64,000 nucleotides of DNA. Origin: Cetorhinus maximus (taxonomy: Eukaryota). Position 1 is the stretch's first letter; the number at the start of each line of letters is the position of its first letter. Both the position numbers and the translations under genes were made by a program. The stretch covers positions 16,926,001 through 16,990,000 of the forward strand of contig NC_135879.1 in assembly GCF_964194155.1 (NCBI RefSeq). Reading direction: 5' to 3'. The notes beneath the pieces were generated by a model, which was not told where the DNA came from, made no database searches, and was given only the letters and a program-made list of their open reading frames with translations. This document shows, piece after piece, positions 38,832 through 48,800 of this stretch.

Positions 38832-40050
38832 TTTTTTTGCAAAAATATACTTTATTCATAAAATATCTTCAACCACATTCCAAACCATTTCAAAAACACC
38901 ATTACAAGGATACAATCCGGTTCAACTTTAACAAAATGTATCACCAGGTGCATCAGTACAAACAATATTACAATCATTTACAGCCTTTCATTTTGAGCTG
39001 TACAGCCCGAGGGGATTTAAACAGTTCCCAGCCCCTCGGTGCGCTGTGGCAGAAAGGTCTTAGACAGCGACCCTTCCCCATTGCGCCTTTGCGGCAGCTG
39101 CCCCAAGCTTTAGTGCGTCCCTCAGCACGTAGTCCTGGACTTTGGATTGTGCCAGTCTGCACCACTCGGTCGGGGACAACTCTTTGTGCTGGAAGACCAA
39201 CAAGTTTCGGGCAGACCAAAGCGCTTCTTTCACCGAGTTGATGATCCTCCAGCTGCAGTTGATGTTTGTCTCGGTGTGCGTCCCTGGGAACAGCCCGTAG
39301 ATCACAGAGTCCTGTGTCACAGAACTGCTCGGGATGAACCTCGACAGCAACCACTGCATCTCTCTCCAGACCTTCTTTGCAAAGGCACAATCCACAAGAA
39401 GGTGAACAACGGTCTCTTCCCCACCACAGCCACCTCGAGGGCAACGTGCAGAGGGGGTGAGACTCCTGACGTGTAGGAAGGATCTGATGGGGAGGGCCTT
39501 TCTCACCACCAGCCAAGCCACGTCTTGGTGCTTGTTGGAAAGTTCTGGCGATGAGGCATTCTGCCAAATGACTTTGACAGTCTGCTCGGGGAACCATCCC
39601 ACAGGATCCACCCTCTCCTTTTCTCTCAGGGCCTCTAAGACGTTACGTGCTGACCACTGCCTGATGGACTTGTGGTCAAAGGTGTTTTTCTGCATAAATT
39701 TTTCCACCAGGGACAGGTGGTACGGCACGGTCCAACTACTTGGAGCGTTCCGCGGCAGCGTGGCCAGACCCATCCTTCGCAACACCGGGGACAGGTAGAA
39801 CCTCAGCACATAGTGACACTTGGTGTTTGCGTACTGAGGGTCTACGCACCGCTTGATGCAGCCATACACAAAGGTGGCCATCAGTATGAGGGCGATGTTG
39901 GGCACGTTTTTTCCCCCTTTATCTAGAGGCTTGTACATCGCGTCCCTGCGGACACGATCCATTTTTGACCTCCAGGTAAAGCGGAAGATGGCTCGAGTGA
40001 TCGCCATCGCGCAGGAGTGTGGAATGGGCCAGACCTGCGCCACGTACAGC
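38832..40050 (-). mobile_element. Tx1/L1-clade LINE, 5'-truncated, recent
   Basis: Uninterrupted 330-aa ORF2 C-terminus with zf-RVT (CPRGGCGGEETVVHLLVDC), AATAAA and poly(A). Perfect 13-bp TSD aagtgaaaatatt at 38819-38831 and 40051-40063. Confidence 0.93.
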
Positions 40051-40399
40051 AAGTGAAAATATTCTGGTTTTCACTAGCCCATAATTTGTTATAGCAGGAC
40101 ACCTAATGGCATCTGCTGTTAGTTAGTTAGACTTGCTCATGCACGTTTAGATTTTAATTTTTTTTTTCGTGTGGCAAGTTGCGGAAAATGTCAGCTGATA
40201 ATGTCAGGGAAACAAGGCATCTGGGACCTTAGTGAGCTGAGCAAACAACTGTGTATATCCTTAACCAACCAGATTGAAGGATTGCAAAATTAACAGTATG
40301 AGGACTGAGAAAGAAATGTAAATTGAAGTGGGTGGATTCAATGTCAAATCAGGTACAGAAAGAAAACTAAAAAGGTGGAAATAAAGATTGGATTGAAAA

Positions 40400-40655
40400 A
40401 CAAAAGAGAATCAGAAAAAAACATTTTCACACAAGAGGTTCGAGTCTGGAATGCACTGCCTGGAAGTATGGTGGAGGTAGGTTCAATCGAGGCATTCAAA
40501 AGGGCATTAGATGATTATTTGAATAGAAACAAGGTGCAGGGGTACGGGGAAAAGGCAGGGCAGTGACATTCAGTCACAATGCTCATTTGGAGAGCCAGTG
40601 CAGACACAATGGGCCGAATGGCCTCCTCCTGTGCCATTAGATTCTGTGATTCTGT
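40400..40655 (+). mobile_element. CR1 LINE 3' end
   Basis: NIFTQ.VRVWNALP; tail gggccgaatggcctcctcctg...attctgtgattctgtga. Confidence 0.8.
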
Positions 40656-41699
40656 GAAAGGAAAAGTAATGAAAAATAAATTTTACATTTCTAAAATCTC
40701 CAATAACAAATAAACCCTGAAGGAATGAGAATCTACACTTGTCATAGTCAATTTACAATACCAGAAGGGTTGATTGGTGGCAATTAACACTTACCACATT
40801 ATTTAAAGGGTACGCAGCAAAGCTTAATTTTTGTGGCAAGTTTTGTTTTTGCCTACCATACAAGTATGGGAACATTATGCCACCCCACACGTTTCAATAG
40901 TGAGTCAGACAGTGAGGTGCCATTCTTTCAGGTTTTAGAAATCCGCAATGGGTGACCAAAAAGTTGATAAAAAGGGAAAATATAGAACATGAGAATAAAC
41001 TAGCAAAGAATATGAAAACAGATTGTACAAGCTTTTACAATTATGCAAAAAGGAAGGTAGTTAAAGAAAACATTTGACCATTAGAGACAGAAACAGAAGA
41101 AATTATAATAGGGAATGAGGAAATGACAGAGACATTGAACAAATATTTTGTTCTGTCTTCATGGTAGAAGACACAAATTACATATCAGAAATAGAGAGTA
41201 ACCAAGGGGCTAATATAAGTGAGGAATTGAAAATAATTAATCCCAGCAGAGAAAAGGTATTATATAAATTTAAGGGACTAAAATCTGACACATCCCAGGA
41301 TCTGATGGCCTACACCCTAAGGTTCTAAAAGAGGTAGCTACAGAGATAATGGATGCACTGGTTATGATTTTCCAAAATTCCTCAGAGTCTAGACAGTCCT
41401 AATAGATTGGAAGTTAGTAAATGTAAAATCTCTATTCAAGAAAGGAGAGAGAAAACAAGAAACTACAGGCCAGTTAGCCTAACATCAGTCAATCCAAAAA
41501 TGCTAGAATCTATCTTTAAGGAAGCCTTAACAATGCACTTAGAAAATCATTGTATGATCAATCAGAGCCACCATAATTTTATGAAAGGAAAAACATGTTT
41601 GACAATTTTATGAGAATTTTTTGAGGATGTAGCTGGTAGGGTAGATAAAGAGGAACCAGTAGATGTAGTAGATTTGAATTTCTAAAAGGCATGCTACAT

Positions 41700-42870
41700 A
41701 TTTTTTTTATTCATTCATGGCTTGTGGGCTTCGCTGGCTGGGCCAGCATTTATTGCCCATCCCTAGTTACCCTTGAGAAGGTGGTGGTGAGCTGCTTTCT
41801 TGAACTGCTGCAGTCCATCTGGTGTAGGTACATCCACAGTGCTGTTAGGGAGGAAGTTCCAGGGTTTTGACCCAACAACAGTGAAGGAACGGTGATTTTT
41901 TCCAAGTCAGGATGTGAGTGACTTGGAGGGGAACTTCCAGGTGGTGGTGTCCCCATCTATCTGCTGATCTTGTCCTTCTAGATGGTAGTGGTCGTGGGTT
42001 TGGAAGGTGCTATCGAAGGAGCCTTGGTGAATTCCTGCAGTGCACGTTGTAGATGGTATACACTGTGCGTCGGTGGTGGAGGGAGTGAATGTTTGTGGAT
42101 GTGGTGCTAATCAAGTGGCCTGCTTTGTCCTTGACAGTGTCAAGCTTCTTGAGTGTTGTGGGAGCTGCACTCATCCAGGCAAGTGGGGAATATTCCATCA
42201 CATTCCTGACTTGTGCCTTGTAGATGATGGACAGGGTTTGGGGAGTCAGGAGGTGGGTCACTCGTTGCACGATTCCTAGCCTCCGACCTGCTCTTGTAGC
42301 CACAGTATTTATATGGCTAGTCCAGTTCAGTTTCTGGTCAATGATAACCCCAGGATGTTGATAGTGGGGGATTCAGTGATGGTAATGCCATTGAACATCA
42401 TGGGGCGATGGTTGGATTCTCTCTTGTTGAATGTGGTCATTGCCTGACACTTGTGTAGCACAAATGTTACTTGCCACTTGTCAACCCAAGCCTGGATATT
42501 GTCCAGGTCTTGCTGCATTTGGACATGGACTGCTTTAGTATCTGAGGAATTGCGAATGGTGCTGAACATCGTGCAATCATCAGCGAACATCCCCACTTCT
42601 GACCTTATGATGGAAGGAAGGTCATTGATGAAGCAGCTGAAGATGGTTGGGCCGAGGACACTACCCTGAGGAACTCCTGCGGTGATGTCCTGGAGCTGAG
42701 ATGACTGACCTCCAACAACCACAACCATCTTCCTTTGTGCTAGGTATGACTCCAACCAGTGAAGAGTTTTCCCCCTGATTCCCATTGACTCCAGTTTTAC
42801 TAGGGCTCTTTGATGCCACACTCTGTCAAATGCTGCCTTGATGTCAAGGGCAGTCGCTCTCACCTCACAT
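41700..42870 (-). mobile_element. CR1-group LINE family A with RT domain, nested in a CR1 family B copy
   Basis: LDIKAAFDRV...GVPQGSVLGP...FADD RT motifs, with a complete 3' tail. Confidence 0.92.
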
Positions 42871-43099
42871 TCATTCAATATGATCACCTCCATATGACAG
42901 GTTAATATGCAAGATAAGAGGTCATGGAGTTAGAATAATATATTATTGTGGTTGGAGGACTTGTTAACAAACAGGAAGCAGGGAGTAGGGAAAAATGGGG
43001 CACTTTCATTTGGCAGGTAACTAGAGAAGTGTCACAAGGATCAGTGCTGGGTCTTCAGCTATTTACCATCTATATTAATAATGCCTTGCATTTATAGGA

Positions 43100-44220
43100 T
43101 CATAGAATAGTTTCAGCACAGAAGGAAGCCATTCAGCCCATCATGTCTTTGCTGGTCCTCAGAGGGAGCAATTCACCTACTGCCACTCTCTTGCCTTCTC
43201 CCTGTAGCCCTGTAAATTTTTTTCAGATAATGATCCAATTCCCAAGTCCCTCTGCTCCTGCACCCCCCTTGGAATTGAACCATTTATTTTTAATTGTTTG
43301 TCTGCAGTGTTCCTGCCAAATTGCATCACTTCACACTTCTCTGCATTAAATTTCATCTGCCACTTTCATTCTACCAACCTGTCTATGTTCTTTTGAACTT
43401 CTACACTATCCTCCTCATGGTTCACATTACTTCCAAGTTTTGTATCATCCTCAAATTTTGAAATGGTGCCTTGTACACCAAGGCCTAGGTCATTAACATA
43501 TATCAGGAAGAGCAGGGATCCTAACACTGAACCCTGGGGAACTCCACTATATACCTTTCTGCAGGCTGAAAAACAACCGTTCACCACTACACTTTGTTTC
43601 CTGTCACACAGCTAATTTTGTATCCATTGTGCTACCGTCCCTATCATTCTATGAGCTCTGACTTTGATCACAAGTCTGTTGTGCAGTACTTTATCAAATG
43701 CCTTTTGGAAGTCCATGTATACCACATCAACAGCATTAGCCTCATTAATCTTCTCTGTTACCTCACCAAAAATCTCAAGCAAATTAGTTAAACATGATTT
43801 GCCTTAACAAATCCATTGCTGGCTTTCCTTAATTAGCCCGCATTTGCCCAAGTGACTTAATCTCGTTCCAAATCATTGTTTCTAAAAGCTTCCTCACCTC
43901 CAAGATATAACTGACTGGTCTGTAGTTTCTGGGTTTACCTTTGTACCTTTTTCTGAACAACAGCGTAGCATTTACAATTCTCCAGTCCTCTGGCACCACT
44001 CCTGAGTCTAAGGAAGATTGGAAAATTATGGCCTGTGTCTCCGCATTTTCCACGCTCAATTCCTTCCGTATCGTTGGATGCATCTCACCTGATCCTGGTG
44101 TCTAATCAACTTGAGTACAGACAGCCTATTCAATGCTTCCTCCTTATCAATTTTAAACCCTGCAAGTTTCTTAACTGCTTCCTCTTTCACCATGACCTGG
44201 ACAGCATCTTCTTCCTTGAT
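43100..44220 (-). mobile_element. CR1 LINE, nested, minus strand
   Basis: EDWRIVNATLLF..NYRPVS, GVPQGSVLG, KFEDDTK; atcatagaat tail. Confidence 0.88.
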
Positions 44221-45384
44221 AATAAAATGCTTTTCACCACCACTAGACATCTCAAAATGCTTTATAGCCAATGATGTGCTTTTGAAAAGTAGTCACTATT
44301 GTAAAGTAGGAAGAACAGCAGCCAGCAGCAAAGCCAGGTGGAAGTTAAGCTCTGAGGGGGTTGAAGAGGCTGCAAATAGTTATAGACTGTTTAACAAGGT
44401 GGCAGATGGACTATAATGTGGGGATGTGTGAGGTTATTCACTTTGACGAGAAGTATAGAAAAGCAGAATATCTTTTAACAGGTATGAAACTTCTAAGTGT
44501 TGATGTTCAGAGAGTCTTGAATGTACTTGCGCAAGGAGCACAGAAGGTTAGTATGCAGGTACAGCAGACAATTAGAAAGGCAAATGGCATGTTAGCCCTT
44601 ATTGTAAGAGGGTTGGAGAACAAGAATTAGAAAGTCTGCAACTGTATAAGGCTGTAGTGAGACCACACCTGGAGTACCATGTGCAGTTTTGATCTCCATA
44701 TTTAAGGAAAGATATACTTACTTTGGAGGAGATACAAGGAAGATTCATTAGGTTGGTTCCGGGGATGAGATGTGGAGAAATTTCTTCATTCAGAGGGTTG
44801 TGAATCTTTGGAACTTTCTCCCCCAGAGGGTTGTGAATGCTCCATCACATATGTTTAAGGCTGAGGTGGACAGATTTTTGGTCTCTCAGGTATTAAGGGA
44901 TATGATGTACGGGCAGGATCAACCATAATCATATTGAATGGCAAAGCAGGCTTGAGGGACTGTATAGTCTACTCCTGCTCCTATTTCTTATATCGTTAGG
45001 TTATTCGCCTCATCGTTATTTTGACAGCAAATTATGAACCATTATTTCTCTTTAGCCTTTTTCCCAATATGCAGTCTTGTCATACTTGGGGTTACCAACT
45101 CTGGTTCTAGGTATTCCTGGGGCTATGATATGTAGCATTTTAACAACAACATGTCTGCCAGTGTTATTGCATTTAGATTTTGCAGCGATTGGGTCCTCTG
45201 CAGTTGAGCATCTTTTTGGTTTCATGCCAGCATCTGTTGTACAAGAAGTACTAAAAACCAGGAAGTCACCCATGAGCAGATGAAGAAGAGAAGCTGAGAG
45301 CAAGAAAGAGGGGAAACTGAAGGCGGCGGAATGATTTACAGGGAGGAAACCAGAGATGGTTTCCTAGTGTGCTCTGTTCTGGAG

Positions 45385-45750
45385 TCGCATAGTGGTAATT
45401 TCACAGGACTTGTAATCTAGAAGCTAGGCTAATGTTTTGGGGATACAGGTTCAAATCCCACTGTGACAGCTTGTAGAATTTAAATCCAATCAATAAAATC
45501 AGGAATTGAAAGCTAATCTTAGTGATGGTGACCATGAAACCTATCATTGATTGTTGTAAAAAAAACCCAACTGGTTCACTAATGCCCTTTCGTGAAGGAA
45601 ATATACCATTCTTACCTGGTCTGGTGTACATATGACTCCAGACCCACAGTGATATGACTTAGCAAGCCACTTAGTTCAAGAGCAATTAGGGATGGGCAAT
45701 AAATGCTGGCCTTGTCTGCGATGCTCGTATCCTGTGAAAGGATAATTTTT
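45385..45750 (+). mobile_element. SINE family S1
   Basis: ggttcaaatccc B box; tail gcaattagggatgggcaataaatgctggcc. Confidence 0.85.
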
Positions 45751-46039
45751 TAAAAATGTAATTAATGACTTGGATGAAGGAATAGAGAGTTGTATATCCA
45801 AGTTCACATTGTTAGAAATGATAGTAAGTCGTGCGGGATAGAAGCAGGACATTGCAAAAGGCAAAAATTGAGTGATCAAATCTATGGAGTTCGATGTGTA
45901 CAAATGTAAGGTAGAAAGCTTTTAAGAGTTGATTTTCAACAATGCAGCTGAACAGCAATATCGTGACTGTTACTACTTTGGACTGGCAAAAGATAGACCA
46001 CAGCCACAAGGAAGGAGTGAATATATATGATGGTGGATG

Positions 46040-46320
46040 GGATGTCAATAAAGTAGGATGACAAATCCTGGATGATGTCAAGCTACTTGAGTATAGTTGG
46101 AGCTGCACTCCTCCATGCAAGTAAAGCGTATTCCATCATTATAGATGGTGGACAGGTTTTTGGGAGTCAGGAGGTGAATTATTTGCTGCAGAATTCCTAG
46201 CCTCTGAAGCAGGCTCTTCTAGCCATAGTATTATGTCTGGTCCAGTTTTCAGAATGTTGATGATGGGAACTTCAGAGATGTTAATGCGTTGAATGTCAAG
46301 GACAGGTTAGGGTCTCTCTT
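46040..46320 (-). mobile_element. CR1-group LINE family A fragment
   Basis: Diverged match (ggagctgcactc...ggagtcaggaggtg...attcctagcctctga). Confidence 0.7.
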
Positions 46321-46387
46321 ATATAGTTTAAATCAAAAATACTGGAAATACCCAGCAGGTCAGGCAGCACCAGTGGAGAGAGAAACA

Positions 46388-46424
46388 AAGTTAATGTTTC
46401 AGGTTGATGACCTTTCATCAGAAT
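46388..46424 (-). ncRNA. Minimal hammerhead ribozyme motif (PLE-type), partly decayed
   Basis: The minus strand reads CUGAUGA-A-AGGU(cauca)ACCU-GAAAC-AUUAACU, within a Penelope-type repeat (about 46335-46425). Confidence 0.5.
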
Positions 46425-46619
46425 AGTTCTAGTTTACACCAGTTTGATATCAGTCAGGTATTAGTATGCAGGTCTGAAATTTGTATTGGATTTAAATTAT
46501 TGCACTATTAGCCAGATATTAACCAGAAGTGAGCTCATGCAAGTTTGATAGTGATATACAAGTCTCAGATCAGTATGAACTCAGTCTTATTTCTGTCAGA
46601 CACTGCTTCATAGCACGAT

Positions 46620-47057
46620 TATTTTATGAGGAGAGATTGAGGAAACTGAGCCTGTATTCTCTAAAGTTTTAAAATAAGAGGTGATCTCATTGAAACTTAC
46701 AAAATTCTTACCGAGTATGACAGGGTAGATGCAAAAAGTATGTTTCCTCTGGTGGGTCTAGAACCAGGGGACACAGTCTCAGAATAAGGGGTAGGCCATT
46801 TAAGACTGAGACGAGGAGGAATTTCTTCACTCAGAGGGTGGTGAATCTTTGGAATTCTTTATCCCAGAGAGGCTGTGGAAGCTCAGTCATGGAGCATGTT
46901 CAAGACAGAAATCAGTGGATTTCTGGCTACTAATGACATCAAGGGATTTGGGGATAATGCGGGGAAATGGTGCTGAGGTAGATGATCAGCCATGATCTAA
47001 CCGAACAGCAGAGAAGGCTCAATGGGCCGAATGGCCTTCTCGTGTTCCTATGTTCCT
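46620..47057 (+). mobile_element. CR1 LINE family B 3' end
   Basis: gaggtgatctcattgaaac...ttcttcactcagagggtggtgaatctttggaattc; tail tgttcctatgttccta. Confidence 0.85.
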
Positions 47058-47136
47058 AGTCTATTGACATTAGTTTTAGTCAGATAATTTAATATCAGTT
47101 AGATATTATATAGGTTTATTTGAGTTGGTGTATACG

Positions 47137-47450
47137 GGAGTTTAACTTGTGTGAATTGGAGTTTAACTTGCCTGAACGAGAATTTAGCTCGGTTCAGATT
47201 GTGAGAATGGGAGTTTAGTTTAACTTGTACCAATAGGAGTTTAGTTTAACTTGTACCAATGGGAGTTTAGTTTCGTTTGTATGAATTGGAGTTTCGTTTA
47301 ATTTAACTTGTATGAATGAATGAGAGTTTAACTTAGTCTGTGTGAATGGGAGTTTAGTTTAACTTGTGTGAATTGGAGTTTGGTCTGTGTGGATAAGAGT
47401 TTTAGTTTGTTTCGATGGGATATGAGCTCCTCTCAATGGGAGTATAGTTT
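47137..47450. repeat. Degenerate ~22-26 bp minisatellite (aatgggagtttagtttaacttgt...)
   Basis: About 10 diverged units; near-identical 26-mers at 47211-47236 and 47237-47262. Confidence 0.85.
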
Positions 47451-47470
47451 GGGTGGAGCCTGAGTTTCTG

Positions 47471-47476
47471 TATAAG
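47471..47476 (+). promoter_or_regulatory. TATA-like box of the IGFBP7-like gene
   Basis: TATAAG followed by GGGC, 56 bp upstream of the ATG, with a GGGTGG box just upstream. Confidence 0.5.
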
Positions 47477-47526
47477 GGGCCCCCGGGTCTTCTAGGTTGG
47501 AGTTATTTGCCAAGTTTACTGTCAGG

Positions 47527-47950
47527 ATGGGTTTGCAGTTGCTGGGTGGGCTCCTGTTGCTCCTTGCGGTGGATGTGGGAGGGAAGTCGGGCAGGGCGAA
47601 ATGCCCTCCCTGTGCGCTGTCCGAGTGCCCGGCTCTGCCCCCGGGAGGCTGCCCTTTCGGGGAGCTGACCGACCCGTGCCGTTGCTGCACCGTGTGCGCT
47701 GCCGGCGAGGGAGCGCCTTGCGGCGGCCTCGTGTCCAAGTACGGCCGCTGCGCCCAGGGCTTCGAGTGTGTCCGCTCCAGGAGCAAGCGGAGGAGCCCCG
47801 GGCGCTGCCTCTGTAAGTTCCCCCAGCAGGTTTGTGGCAGCGACGGCATCACCTACAGGGATGGCTGTGAACTGAGAGCCGCAGCGAAGCGGGCGGAGAG
47901 GCAGGGAGAGACCCCAATCACCAGGACTGGGAAAGGAGCCTGTGAGACAG
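47527..47950 (+). CDS. IGFBP7-like gene, first coding exon (signal peptide + IGFBP domain + Kazal domain)
   Basis: ATG in good context (aggATGG), hydrophobic leader MGLQLLGGLLLLLAVDVGG, and 16 Cys in IGFBP7 spacing. ...DPCRCCTVCAAGEGAPCGG...ECVRSRSKRR...VCGSDGITYRDGCELRAAAKRAERQGETPITRTGKGACET parallels IGFBP7 VCGSDGTTYPSGCQLRAASQRAESRGEKAITQVSKGTCEQ. Phase-1 donor ACAG|gtgaga; CpG-rich. Orthology versus paralogy is unresolved, so no symbol is given. Confidence 0.92.
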
Positions 47951-48019
47951 GTGAGAAAAGACAAAAAAACGTACCTCTCCCTGGGGCAATAAGCAGCCCG
48001 GGGTAAAGGTGGAGGAAAC

Positions 48020-48800
48020 GATGAGAGAGAGAGAGAGGAGAGGGCAGAGGGGCAGAAAGGAGTGAGAGAAGAGAGGGCAGAGAGAAGAGGGGAGTGAGAG
48101 GGAGAAGAAGGAAGAGAGAGGAGGGAGAGGGCTAGAGAATAGGGAGTGAGGGAGGAGAGGGCAGAGGGAGAGAGGAGTGAAAGGGAGAAGAGGGAGAGAA
48201 GTGAAAGGGAGGAGAGGGCAGAGAGGAGAGGGAGGAGGGCAGAGAGAGAGGAGAGGGAGGAGGGCAGAGAGAGAAGAGTGAGATGGAAGAGAGGGCAAAG
48301 AGAGAGAAGGGAGTGAGGGAGGAGGGGGGCAGAGAGAAAAAGGGAGGAGAGGGCAGAGGGAGAAGAGGGGAGAGAAAAGGGAGTGAGGGAGGAGAGGGCA
48401 GAGGAAGAGGGAAGGGAGTGAGGGAGAAGAGGGCAGGGGGAGGAGAGAAAAGGGATTGAGGGAGGAGAGGGCAGAGGAAGGGAGTGAGGGAGGAGAGGGC
48501 AGGGGGAGGAGAGGGGAGAGAAAAGGGAGTGAGGGAGGAGAGGGCAGAGGAAGAGAGAAGGGAATGAGGGAGGAGAAAGGAGGGAGGAGAAGGGCAGGGA
48601 GAAGAGGGGGAGGAGGACAGAGAGAAAAGAGTGAGATGGAAGAGAGGGCAGAAAGAGAAGTGAGGGAGGAGGAGAGAGAGGGAGGAGAGGGCAGAGAGAG
48701 ATAGAGAGAGGATGGTGGCGAGAGAAGGTGGGGGAAGGAGTAGAAGAGGGCAGAGAGAGAGAGAAAGTGAGAGAGGGAGAGAGATGATGGTGGAAGGAAA
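48020..48800. repeat. Polypurine (G/A) low-complexity satellite in intron 1 of the IGFBP7-like gene
   Basis: ~780 bp almost entirely G/A, with the recurring unit gagtgagggaggagagggcagag. Confidence 0.95.

Larger units (their letters stand above)
40966..44995 (+). mobile_element. CR1 LINE family B, split by nested insertions
   Basis: Collinear ORF2 pieces: NYRPVSLTSV...KGKTCLT (41.0-41.7 kb), GVSQGSVLG-like (42.9-43.08 kb), and WQMDYNVGMCEVIHF to the 3' tail (44.33-45.0 kb). Confidence 0.85.

Noticed and set aside
47137-47450. CRISPR-like array
   Set aside because: Head-to-tail degenerate units without unique spacers, in eukaryotic context with no cas genes.
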